Source: Candidatus Falkowbacteria bacterium RIFOXYD12_FULL_34_57 (GTDB taxonomy: Bacteria; Patescibacteriota; Patescibacteriia; Patescibacteriales; UBA12075). From it: DNA of 58,380 nucleotides. The stretch spans positions 1 to 58,380 of the forward strand of contig MFGN01000003.1 of the NCBI GenBank assembly GCA_001780285.1, given 5' to 3'. Position 1 is the stretch's first letter, and each line of letters opens with the position of its first letter. The notes beneath the pieces were generated by a model that made no database searches, had not been told where the DNA came from, and worked only from the letters and a program-made list of their open reading frames with translations. Positions 28,270 through 37,949 of the stretch are shown in pieces. The position numbers and the translations under genes were made by a program.

Positions 28270-30768
28270 ATGGATTATCAATTATCACAATCAAATATTT
28301 ATATAATTTCACCAACAATTATATATTTTATATCCATCTTTCTTGTGTTATTGATGGTGCTTTGGCTTACCAAAAGAATTTTTAAGGATTTTATACAAAA
28401 AAGCAAATATTTCGATCATATTATTTATTTGGTGAGATTACCTAAAGAGCGTCCCGGAGATGAAACGAAAGAACCCACCACTCAGGAAATAAGAGAGGAT
28501 ATATCTGTGGGGGAAACTATTTTTGCTAGTATTGGCGGCCTTAGAGCTCAAAGGGGTTTGCGCGCTTGGCTTTTTGGTAGGAATGATCATTTTTCTTTTG
28601 AGGTTGTTGCCAGTAAAAAAAAGATAGCTTTTTATGTTGTTGCTCCTAGAGAAATGGGAAGATATATTGAACAACAAATAAGCGCTCATTATCCATCGGC
28701 GGTTATAGAAGAAGTGGATGATTATAATATTTTTAAGCCAAACAGTGAAATTGTAGCCGGATTCTTAAAGACTAGAAGAAGTTTTATTTATCCGATTAAA
28801 ACTTATCAAAACCACGAAACAGACCCTATGAATTCTATTATAAATGTATTATCTAAACTTGATGATGAAGAAGGGATAGCAATTCAATATGTAGTACGCA
28901 GCGCCAGACCGTTTTGGCATAGAACAATAAGAGATATTACTTCAAACATCAGGCGCGGTAAATCCCTGCAGGAATCAATCAGTATCGGCACTAGAAATAA
29001 AATTTTTTCCGTGGTATTGGATATTATCAAATTATTTATATCTAAACCAAAAGAAGAACAGTTTCAGCAAAATAGCCAAATTCCGCGCCTGACAGCCATG
29101 GAAGAAGAAATGCTTAAGGGAATAGAATCAAAAAATGGCAAAGCTGGATTGGATGTTAATTTACGCATAGTAGTCAGTGCTAAAACACCTGGAAAAGCAA
29201 GTGTATATTTGAATAATTTAGGTAATGCCTTTGCACAGTTCAATCACTATGAATACGGGAACAGTTTTAGTCAAAATATAAAAACCAGCAATCATGATAA
29301 AATAATAAACAGTTTTATTTATAGGCGTTATGATCGTGATATAGGATTTCTTTTGAATACAGAAGAATTGGCTAGTCTTTATCATCTACCGCTTAAAACA
29401 TCAGAAACCCCCAATATCTTATGGCTTAATGCTAAATATGCTCCGGCCCCAGCAGATACATCCGCAACAGGAATTATTCTTGGTGCGAATATTTACAGAG
29501 GAGTAAAAAAAGACATACAGATAAGCAGGGATGATCGAAGACGCCATATGTATGTAGTTGGTAAATCCGGCGGTGGTAAATCTATGTTTATGGCCAACAT
29601 GGCTGTTCAGGATATTCTAAACGGTGAGGGGGTATGCGTTTTGGATCCGCATGGAGACTTAATTGAAGATATTATTACCCGTGTTCCGGCCGAACGGGCA
29701 GAAGATGTGATTCTTTTTGCTCCGGCAGACACGGAGAGACCGCTTGCTTTAAATTTGTTATCATACGACCCGAATTATCCGGAACAAAAAACATTTGTAA
29801 TCAATGAACTTATTAAAATATTTGATAAATTATATGATCTAAAAGCTACGGGGGGACCAATATTTGAGCAATATATGCGTAATGCGCTGCTTCTAATTAT
29901 GAGTGATCCCGCGTCAGGTTCAACTTTAATGGAAGTACCAAAGGTCCTTGCTGACCCTGATTTTAGGAGAATGAAATTGGAAAAATGTTCCGACCCCACC
30001 GTAGTTGATTTTTGGCGAAAAGAAGCAGAAAAAGCCGGCGGAGACGCGGCATTGGCTAATGTGGTGCCCTATGTAACCAGTAAATTAACCCAATTTATAT
30101 CCAATGATACCATGCGCCCCATTATTGGACAGCAAGAAAGTTCTTTTAATTTTAGAGAAGTGATGGACAAGAAGAAGATTTTGTTAATCGATTTGTCTAA
30201 GGGGCAAGTTGGTGAAATGAATGCATATTTATTGGGTATGATTATTATTGGAAAAATACTTATGGCCGCGCTTTCTAGAACTGATATACCAAGAGAGAAG
30301 AGAACTGATTTTTATTTATATATTGATGAGTTTCAAAATTTTACTACTGATTCAATATGTTCCATACTCTCAGAGGCTAGAAAATACGGTTTAAACCTCA
30401 CCATGGCGCATCAATATTTAGGACAATTATCCCGCGGCCAAGACACATCCATTAAGGATGCGGTTTTTGGCAATGTGGGCACATGGATACTTTTCAAGAT
30501 TGGCTCAGAGGATGCGGAAGTCTTAGAAAAAGAATTTAGCCCAGTATTTAATAAATATGATCTGATTAATATTGAAAAATATACTACTTATGTTCGCCTG
30601 TTGATTAACAATACATCTAGCCGACCTTTTTCCATGAGCACGCCATGGCCGCTTTCCGGGGTAGAAAATCCGGCAATAGCTGCAAAGATCAAGGCTTTGA
30701 GCAGATTTAAATATGGACAGGATAGAAGATTGATAGAAGCGGAAATAAGAAAAAGAACAAAAATTTAA
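28270..30768 (+). CDS. membrane-anchored VirD4/TraG/HerA-like P-loop ATPase
   Basis: N-terminal TM, RRHMYVVGKSGGGKS, LDPHGD, LYIDEFQNF, SEARKY, AHQ. Confidence 0.85.
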   Translation: MDYQLSQSNIYIISPTIIYFISIFLVLLMVLWLTKRIFKDFIQKSKYFDHIIYLVRLPKERPGDETKEPTTQEIREDISVGETIFASIGGLRAQRGLRAWLFGRNDHFSFEVVASKKKIAFYVVAPREMGRYIEQQISAHYPSAVIEEVDDYNIFKPNSEIVAGFLKTRRSFIYPIKTYQNHETDPMNSIINVLSKLDDEEGIAIQYVVRSARPFWHRTIRDITSNIRRGKSLQESISIGTRNKIFSVVLDIIKLFISKPKEEQFQQNSQIPRLTAMEEEMLKGIESKNGKAGLDVNLRIVVSAKTPGKASVYLNNLGNAFAQFNHYEYGNSFSQNIKTSNHDKIINSFIYRRYDRDIGFLLNTEELASLYHLPLKTSETPNILWLNAKYAPAPADTSATGIILGANIYRGVKKDIQISRDDRRRHMYVVGKSGGGKSMFMANMAVQDILNGEGVCVLDPHGDLIEDIITRVPAERAEDVILFAPADTERPLALNLLSYDPNYPEQKTFVINELIKIFDKLYDLKATGGPIFEQYMRNALLLIMSDPASGSTLMEVPKVLADPDFRRMKLEKCSDPTVVDFWRKEAEKAGGDAALANVVPYVTSKLTQFISNDTMRPIIGQQESSFNFREVMDKKKILLIDLSKGQVGEMNAYLLGMIIIGKILMAALSRTDIPREKRTDFYLYIDEFQNFTTDSICSILSEARKYGLNLTMAHQYLGQLSRGQDTSIKDAVFGNVGTWILFKIGSEDAEVLEKEFSPVFNKYDLINIEKYTTYVRLLINNTSSRPFSMSTPWPLSGVENPAIAAKIKALSRFKYGQDRRLIEAEIRKRTKI

Positions 30769-30901
30769 ACCCACTACCCAGTATTATTAAATAAACTAAA
30801 TATGGACAAGCTGTATTTTATTTGATAATATATTTAATACCTATAAATAATTAACATTCGCATATACCACACTTATGTGTGGATTCGCGAAATGAATAAC
30901 A

Positions 30902-31627
30902 ATGAAAGGAATAATACTTGCGGGGGGGAATGCAACGCGGCTTAGACCATGTACAGAAATAACCAGTAAGCAGCTTTTACCGGTTTATAATAGACCAATG
31001 ATTTACTATCCGCTAAATACTTTAATTAAAGCGGGTATTGAAGATATCCTAATAATTGTTGCACCGGATTATGCGGAAAAATTTTTACATTTACTCGGCA
31101 GTGGAGAAAAATTTGGAATAAAAATTTCTTATAAAGTTCAAGAAACCCCAAGGGGATTGGCCGATGCCTTTATTATTGGGGATGGATTTATCGGAAATGA
31201 TAATGTAACCATGATTTTGGGTGATAATATTTTTGAAGATGACCTCAGTGAACATATTAAAAATTTTACAGGGGGCGGTAAGGTTTTTGCAAAAAAAGTT
31301 TCTGATCCGGAAAGATTCGGCGTGGTGCGCTTTGACGAATCAATGAAAGCGGATACAATAATTGAAAAACCAAGTGAATGGATTTCAGATTATGCCTTGA
31401 CCGGAGTTTATATCTTTGATTCCAGGGTAATCGAGGTTGCTAGAAGCGTTAAACCGTCTGCAAGGGGCGAGATTGAAATTGTGGATTTGCATAATTGGTA
31501 TTTAGAACAAAATGAACTAGAAGTCGCAATGATTACAGGGGCTTGGCTTGATGCCGGAACTTTTGATAGTTATTTGGAAGCGCAAATTTTAGCAAAAGAA
31601 AAATTGCAGGATAAGATGGTGATTTAA
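30902..31627 (+). CDS. rfbA: glucose-1-phosphate thymidylyltransferase
   Basis: GIILAGGNATRL, SKQLLPVY, LGDN, EKP, SARGEIEI, WLDAGT. Confidence 0.92.
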   Translation: MKGIILAGGNATRLRPCTEITSKQLLPVYNRPMIYYPLNTLIKAGIEDILIIVAPDYAEKFLHLLGSGEKFGIKISYKVQETPRGLADAFIIGDGFIGNDNVTMILGDNIFEDDLSEHIKNFTGGGKVFAKKVSDPERFGVVRFDESMKADTIIEKPSEWISDYALTGVYIFDSRVIEVARSVKPSARGEIEIVDLHNWYLEQNELEVAMITGAWLDAGTFDSYLEAQILAKEKLQDKMVI

Positions 31628-31736
31628 AAGTTAAAAGCGAAAAACTAAAATTTAAAAATAACACTTAAAATATCAAAATAATAAATTAATTTGTTAACTT
31701 TAAATTGTTGCTTTTAGCTTTTCATTATTAGTTTTT
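31628..31736. repeat. AT-rich imperfect inverted repeat (AAAARCTAAAA family)
   Basis: aaaagcgaaaaactaaaatttaaaaataacacttaaa versus reverse complement aaaaactaataatgaaaagctaaaagcaacaatttaaa. Confidence 0.45.
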
Positions 31737-32714
31737 ATGAAATATAAACTTGCAATTGGTTTTATTGCATATGGTGAATATACACTTAAATATTTGCCTA
31801 TTTTTTTATCATCTTTATTTGCCGGGATAGATCAAGAATCTGTTTTAGTCTTGGCTGTTGATTGTTCGGAAAATACTAATGACAGAAATTTAAAAATTTT
31901 AAAGAAATATCCGCAAATTAAAATAATTTTTCAGGGCAGTAACCTGGGATTCGGCAGAGCGCATAACATGATGATATCCCGAGCAAAAGAATCAGGGTCA
32001 AAATATTATTTAGCTCTAAATCCGGATATGCTGATCGAGAACAAGATGATCGGAAAAATGCTGGCGTCAATGGAAAAAGACGGCGAATTGGGATCGGTAA
32101 GTCCGAGGATTATGAGATGGGATTTTAATAAAAAAGAGAAAACGGACATTATAGATACATTGGGAATTGAAATGAAATCCGGATTACTATTTTTTGATAT
32201 TGCGCAAGGCAAAAAAAATCCAGTCTCAACATTTTCAAATAATGAGGAGATAAAAAAAATGTCTATAAATATTCTCGGACCATCAGGGGCTGCCGCCATG
32301 TATAGTTTGAACGCGCTGGAAAAAGTCAAAGATAATAACGGTTATTTTGACAATCTTATGTTTATGTATAAAGAAGATGCGGATTTGGCTTATCGCTTAT
32401 TTTTGGCAGGATTTAAATCAAGGTGCGTTACAGATGCTATTTTTTATCATGATCGTACTGCATCAGAACAGGGTCGGGGAAATCTGCAAATTGCCATAAA
32501 TCGAAAAAACAAAAATAAACAATGTAAAAAATGGTCATTCTTACATCAAAATATTATTTTTATAAAATATTGGCGCTTGCAGAATTTCAGGAATAAATTA
32601 GCCATAATCCGGCATGAGTTTAAAATGATAGTTTATGCGGTTTTATTTGAAAGATACTTATTGGCAGAATTTATTAATTTATGGAAAGCAAGGAAAAAAA
32701 TTATAAAATATTAA
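31737..32714 (+). CDS. glycosyltransferase family 2
   Basis: NLGFGRAHN, LNPD, GPSGAA, FMYKEDADLAYR. Confidence 0.9.
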   Translation: MKYKLAIGFIAYGEYTLKYLPIFLSSLFAGIDQESVLVLAVDCSENTNDRNLKILKKYPQIKIIFQGSNLGFGRAHNMMISRAKESGSKYYLALNPDMLIENKMIGKMLASMEKDGELGSVSPRIMRWDFNKKEKTDIIDTLGIEMKSGLLFFDIAQGKKNPVSTFSNNEEIKKMSINILGPSGAAAMYSLNALEKVKDNNGYFDNLMFMYKEDADLAYRLFLAGFKSRCVTDAIFYHDRTASEQGRGNLQIAINRKNKNKQCKKWSFLHQNIIFIKYWRLQNFRNKLAIIRHEFKMIVYAVLFERYLLAEFINLWKARKKIIKY

Positions 32715-32737
32715 AAATTTTGAATTTAAAATTTATA

Positions 32738-33568
32738 ATGAAGTTATCAATAATCATAGTTTCCTGGAATGTTCGGGATCTATTGAGGAACAATCTAAAA
32801 GCTGTTTTTGCGTCTGATCTGAATTTTGATTTTGAGGTTTTTGTGGTGGATAATCATTCGCGCGACGGCACGCCCGAAATGATAATTAAGGAGTTTCCAC
32901 AAGTTAATTTGATTATAAATAATTATAATGCCGGTTTTGCAAAAGCAAATAATCAAGCCATTGAACAAGCGCAGGGGGAGTATGTTTTACTGTTAAATCC
33001 AGATATGAGGGTTATAAATGACACTCTTGTAAATATGGTTGATTGGGTGGATAATCATCAGGATGTGGGCATTGCCGGATGCAATTTGATTAATAAAAAA
33101 GGAGAAGATATTATGCATGTCAGGCGTTTTCCCCGTTTTTTGGACCAATTAGCGATTATTCTTAAACTGCCCCATATTTTTCCCGACATTCTCAATGGAT
33201 ATTTGCAAAAAAACTTTAATTACAGAAAAGAAGCTGAAGTCGACTCCATCCGCGGTTCTTTTTTTATGATTAGAAAAAAAGTTATTGAGCAATTAGGCGG
33301 TTTGGATGAACGGTATTTTATATGGTTTGAAGAGGTTGATTATTGCCGGCAGCTAAAAGACACTAAATGGAAGTTGATGTATACTCCGGCTGCAAAATGC
33401 ATTGATTATGTAGGAAAAAGCTTCGGTCAGGTACCGCGGGGTAAAACTCAGATATATTTCAGGGATTCTATGTTGAAATATTTCAAAAAATGGCACTCGT
33501 GGTATCAATATCTGACATTGAAAATATTTTGGCTATTAGGTATACTTATTAGTAAAATAAAGAGATAA
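32738..33568 (+). CDS. glycosyltransferase family 2 (WbbL-like)
   Basis: SIIIVSWN, VVDNHSRDGT, NAGFAKANN, LLNPD, FIWFEEVD. Confidence 0.9.
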   Translation: MKLSIIIVSWNVRDLLRNNLKAVFASDLNFDFEVFVVDNHSRDGTPEMIIKEFPQVNLIINNYNAGFAKANNQAIEQAQGEYVLLLNPDMRVINDTLVNMVDWVDNHQDVGIAGCNLINKKGEDIMHVRRFPRFLDQLAIILKLPHIFPDILNGYLQKNFNYRKEAEVDSIRGSFFMIRKKVIEQLGGLDERYFIWFEEVDYCRQLKDTKWKLMYTPAAKCIDYVGKSFGQVPRGKTQIYFRDSMLKYFKKWHSWYQYLTLKIFWLLGILISKIKR

Positions 33569-33607
33569 TCTATATCTGAGTCAATTTAAAAATTAATTAA
33601 AAACAAT

Positions 33608-34378
33608 ATGAAAAAAACATTTTTACTTTTTATCATCACGATTCTGCTTGCCGGATGCGCGGGCAATATGAATCAAAATAAACTAGATGAAAGAACGGCT
33701 CCTCTTGACGTCAACAAGAAAAATGATGAGGCGGAGGCCATGATGCGCATTAATGAATTAAAAAACGGCACTACTCCGCAAATCGGCAAAACCGAAGAAA
33801 GTAAACCGTTAATAAACCAGCAGGGCAATAATCAAACTGCAAATAATAAATTAAACAATAATACCAAAACTATGGAATTAGAAAATTTAGCGGCTGTTTA
33901 TAAACAAGCTGTCATGAAAACAAACTACGGTGATATCAAATTTGTATTTTATGCTGATGAATCGCCGGTAACCGTGAATAATTTTCTTAAGCTTGCTAAA
34001 GAAGGTTTTTACAACGGCACTCTTTTTCATCGGGTTATCAAGAATTTTATGATCCAAGGCGGTGATCCGAACAGCAGGGATGAAAACTGGGCGACTCACG
34101 GAATGGGCGGACCGGGATACAAATTTCAAGATGAATTCAATGACCACAAACTAGTTCGCGGATCACTGGCTATGGCCAACTCCGGGCCAAATACCAATGG
34201 TTCTCAATTTTTTATCGTCACCGCAGAAGCTACTCCTTGGCTTGACGGCCGCCACACCAATTTTGGTTATGTGGTTGAGGGTATGGAAATAATAGACCAA
34301 ATAGAGGGAGTAGAAAAGAACGAAAAAGACCATCCGCTTAAAGACATAAAAATAGAAGAAATTGAATTGTTGAAGTAG
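33608..34378 (+). CDS. cyclophilin-type PPIase, lipoprotein
   Basis: Lipobox LAGC; FHRVIKNFMIQGGDP, LAMANSGPNTNGSQFFI, WLDGRHT. Confidence 0.95.
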   Translation: MKKTFLLFIITILLAGCAGNMNQNKLDERTAPLDVNKKNDEAEAMMRINELKNGTTPQIGKTEESKPLINQQGNNQTANNKLNNNTKTMELENLAAVYKQAVMKTNYGDIKFVFYADESPVTVNNFLKLAKEGFYNGTLFHRVIKNFMIQGGDPNSRDENWATHGMGGPGYKFQDEFNDHKLVRGSLAMANSGPNTNGSQFFIVTAEATPWLDGRHTNFGYVVEGMEIIDQIEGVEKNEKDHPLKDIKIEEIELLK

Positions 34379-34420
34379 AATATCGCTTTATACATAATGT
34401 AATACTGAAAAATTTAAATA

Positions 34421-34453
34421 AAAACCACTATTTCTTACGCAATAGTGGTTTTT
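34421..34453 (+). terminator. intrinsic terminator
   Basis: AAAACCACTATT...AATAGTGGTTTT. Confidence 0.75.
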
Positions 34454-34569
34454 ATTTTTGTAGATTTTTAATCATTGTTTATGGTATAATATATAAAGTA
34501 AAATTAATTAATTTAGAACTTATATATTTACCCAAAAAGACTCTGTTAAGTTGTGAGAGTCCTGTAATT

Positions 34570-36012
34570 ATGAAAAAAATAACAAACATTGCCCGCAATA
34601 CTTCTTATTTTACCATTGCTCTAATTATTCAAAAAATAATCACTTTAGCATATTTTACTTTTTTGGCGCGCTATTTGGCACCGGACAATTTAGGTAGGTA
34701 TTATCTAGCAATAAGTTTTTCTTCCATATTTATCACAATAGTTGATCTGGGGCAGGCCAATATCCTGACCCGCGAGGTGGCCAAGGCGAAAGAAGGGGCA
34801 CAGAGATTTATAAATATTATTATGGCAATTAAACTGCCCTTGATTTTTGGGGCAGGATTTTTGGTATTTGCCTTGGCTAATATTTTACATTATCCACCCT
34901 TAACCCGGCAGTTAATTTACATGTCTGTTGCGCTAATGATTATGGATTCACTTTCCACTACATTCTTTGCCGCTATCCGCGGATTCCATAATTTATTCTG
35001 GGAAAGCATCTCCAGTGTTTTGACCCAGTTGATTGTCATGATTTTGGGCATTGTATTTATATATCTCGGATTTGGATTGAAGTTTTTAATGTTAGCAATG
35101 ATCATTGGGGCCATGTTCCGATTTCTGCTTTCTTCCGCATTACTTGTGTTTAAGTGGAAAATTAATATCAAACCCGTTTTTAATTTTGTTGGCATTAAAT
35201 CATTCATGATATTAACCGTGCCATTTGCCGTATTTGGAATATATCAAAAATTATACACCTATTTAGATACAGTGATGCTTTCCAAGCTGGCAAGTGATTA
35301 CCATGTAGGACTTTATCAAATCGCCTTTAAAATAATATTTGCTTTGCAGTTTTTGCCTATGGCTTTTATCGCCAGTTTATATCCGGCCTTTGCGGATTAT
35401 TGGAAAAACAATAAAGATCAGTTGCTCATCACCTTTGAAAGAGGGTTTAATTATTTAACAATTATTTCGGTGCCTATTACTGTTGGTGTTATGGTTATTA
35501 CCGATAAAATAATGCTTTTGTTCAAACCGGAATACTTGGCATCAATTTCTTCTTTAAGGATCATTATCCTGGCTCTACCGTTTTTATTTTTAAATTTTCC
35601 CATTGGTGCTCTTCTCAATGCCTGTGACAAACAAAAAGTAAACACCAGAAACATGGGAATCACTCTTATGTTTAGTATAATATTAAATATAATATTAATT
35701 CCTAAATTCAATGTGGCAGGTGCTAGTATTACAGTATTTGCCAGTAATTTTTTTATGTTTATAATCGGCATGATTAGCGTATCTAAATTTATAAAAATCA
35801 GACCGAAAAAATTATTTTTACCAATGATGAAAGTTGTGCTAATATCAATTTTAATGGGAATATTTGCCTGGTACTGGAAAATATATATCAATATATTCGC
35901 AACAATACTAATCTCCGCGCTTATTTATTTCATGGGAATTTATTTTATGGGGGTAATAAAAAAAGATGATATAAAAAGTATCTTAAGTTCTTTTGCTAAA
36001 AAAAATATATAA
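34570..36012 (+). CDS. Wzx-type oligosaccharide flippase
   Basis: Many TM segments, IARNT, DLG, DTVMLS...VGLY, GAS; located in the GT cluster. Confidence 0.88.
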   Translation: MKKITNIARNTSYFTIALIIQKIITLAYFTFLARYLAPDNLGRYYLAISFSSIFITIVDLGQANILTREVAKAKEGAQRFINIIMAIKLPLIFGAGFLVFALANILHYPPLTRQLIYMSVALMIMDSLSTTFFAAIRGFHNLFWESISSVLTQLIVMILGIVFIYLGFGLKFLMLAMIIGAMFRFLLSSALLVFKWKINIKPVFNFVGIKSFMILTVPFAVFGIYQKLYTYLDTVMLSKLASDYHVGLYQIAFKIIFALQFLPMAFIASLYPAFADYWKNNKDQLLITFERGFNYLTIISVPITVGVMVITDKIMLLFKPEYLASISSLRIIILALPFLFLNFPIGALLNACDKQKVNTRNMGITLMFSIILNIILIPKFNVAGASITVFASNFFMFIIGMISVSKFIKIRPKKLFLPMMKVVLISILMGIFAWYWKIYINIFATILISALIYFMGIYFMGVIKKDDIKSILSSFAKKNI

Positions 36013-36051
36013 AATAAGTGTATAAATTAAAAATTAAAAATTGCATTCACA

Positions 36052-37161
36052 ATGCGTACTTTATTATTTACAATAGAATATCCGCCGTTTAAGGGTGGGG
36101 TTGCAAATTATTACGGAAATTTGATGAAAAATTTTCCGGATGAACTTGTCGTTTTACACAACAATGATAGAAAACTGACAAAATGGTGGATTTGGCCGAA
36201 GTGGTTACCGGCTATTTGGCAACTTAAACAAACTATAAAAAAAAATAAAATAAACCATGTACTAGTCGGCCATCTGTTACCGCTTGGAACTGTTGCTTAT
36301 TTTGTTTGCCAAAAAATGAATATCCCTTATTCGGTTTTCATTCATGGCATGGATATTACTTTTGCAATGCGAAAGAAAAGAAAGAAAAAAATAGCGATAA
36401 AAATACTTCAAAATGCAAAAAATATAATTTGTGTAAGCGAGTACACAAAAGAAATTGTGAAAAAATTTCTAGAGTCATCATCCGGGGGCGAATCAGTTAA
36501 AACATTAAAAAGTAAATTGATGGCGGAAAAATTGCATGTTGTTAATCCTGGAATAGAACCTCTTATAACTCGTAATCAGGAAACTATAACTCAAATAGAA
36601 AATAAATACGAACTGAAAAATAAAACAGTTTTATTTAGCATTGGACGCTTAGTAAAGAGAAAGGGGGTTGATATGGCAATCAAGGCGATGTCGGAAGTCT
36701 TGAGGGTGGTACCAAATTTATATTATGTAATTGCCGGAACAGGACCAGATGAAAAATATTTAAAAAAATTAACAAATAATAACAAAAATATCATTTTTAT
36801 AGGATCACCAAATGACACAGAAAAATGGGCATGGATGGAAAAATGTGATATATTTATACAGTTAAGTAGAAAAATTGTAGATGATTTTGAGGGGTTTGGG
36901 ATTGTGTATCTGGAAGCCGCGCTTTATGGTAAACCGGTCATTGCCGGAGATTCTGGAGGGGTAAGTGATGCTGTTTTGGGCGGTACTACCGGAATACTGG
37001 TTAATCCAGAAAAAATCGATCGCATAGCTAGTGCTATAATCAGACTTGCAACCGACAAAGAAACAGCTAAAAAACTAGGTGAACAGGGCAGAAAAAGAGC
37101 TATGGAAGAATTTAATTGGCAAGGTCAAGCTAAAAAAATCCATGATATCATAAGTCTTTAA
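36052..37161 (+). CDS. glycosyltransferase family 4
   Basis: EYPPFKGGVA, GRLVKRKG, EGFGIVYLEA. Confidence 0.93.
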   Translation: MRTLLFTIEYPPFKGGVANYYGNLMKNFPDELVVLHNNDRKLTKWWIWPKWLPAIWQLKQTIKKNKINHVLVGHLLPLGTVAYFVCQKMNIPYSVFIHGMDITFAMRKKRKKKIAIKILQNAKNIICVSEYTKEIVKKFLESSSGGESVKTLKSKLMAEKLHVVNPGIEPLITRNQETITQIENKYELKNKTVLFSIGRLVKRKGVDMAIKAMSEVLRVVPNLYYVIAGTGPDEKYLKKLTNNNKNIIFIGSPNDTEKWAWMEKCDIFIQLSRKIVDDFEGFGIVYLEAALYGKPVIAGDSGGVSDAVLGGTTGILVNPEKIDRIASAIIRLATDKETAKKLGEQGRKRAMEEFNWQGQAKKIHDIISL

Positions 37162-37169
37162 AATATTAT

Positions 37170-37871
37170 ATGGTTTCAATTATTATTCCACTTTATAATC
37201 AGGCGGACAAAATTAAAAAATGCCTTTTAAGCATCCAAAATCAAACTTACCAAAACTATGAAATTGTTGTAGTAAATGATAGATCAACAGATGAATTGAT
37301 AAAAATAATTGAATGGTCTAAAAATGAATTTGGCATAAAAATAGAATGGATGCATAATCAGGAAAATCACGGCGCACCGTATTCCCGCAACAAAGGTTTT
37401 CGAAAATCAAAAGGAGAATTTCTCTTGTTTTGCGATGCTGATATTATTTTAGAGCCAGACGCGCTGGAAACAATGCTTAAAACATTAAAAGAAAATCTAC
37501 AAGCAAGTTACGCCTACCCCTCTCATTTACATGGCCGAAAATTGTTTAAATTGTGGCCTTTTGACGCAGAAAAATTAAAACAGATACCCCATATTCATTC
37601 TACGGCCATAATTCGAAGAGAGCATTTCCCTATGTTGGGCTGGGATGAAAATATAACCAGGTTTCAAGATTGGGATTTATGGCTCACAATGCTAGAAGAG
37701 GGACATACTGGCATTTGGATTGACCGAGTATTATTTCAAATCAAGGGTGGGGGGCACACCATGAGCTCTTGGCTACCGTCATTTACATACAAATGGCTAC
37801 CCTTTCTTCCTGGTGTCAAAAAATATAAAAAAGCCATGGAAATAGTGAAGAAGAAACACAAATTAAATTAA
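37170..37871 (+). CDS. glycosyltransferase family 2
   Basis: VSIIIPLYN, VVNDRSTD, RNKG, CDAD, QDWDLW. Confidence 0.92.
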   Translation: MVSIIIPLYNQADKIKKCLLSIQNQTYQNYEIVVVNDRSTDELIKIIEWSKNEFGIKIEWMHNQENHGAPYSRNKGFRKSKGEFLLFCDADIILEPDALETMLKTLKENLQASYAYPSHLHGRKLFKLWPFDAEKLKQIPHIHSTAIIRREHFPMLGWDENITRFQDWDLWLTMLEEGHTGIWIDRVLFQIKGGGHTMSSWLPSFTYKWLPFLPGVKKYKKAMEIVKKKHKLN

Positions 37872-37949
37872 GAACAAAAAACTAAAAGCAATAGTTAAAG
37901 ATAAAAAGTTGATTTTAAAAAATTTAAGTTGCTGTTTTTACATTTTAAT

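Noticed and set aside
28270-30768. Conjugative element or ICE
   Set aside because: No relaxase, Mpf genes, integrase or att sites nearby.
34539-34561. Small hairpins before the flippase, greA and lysS as riboswitches
   Set aside because: Stems are only 5-6 bp with no shared sequence or known aptamer features.
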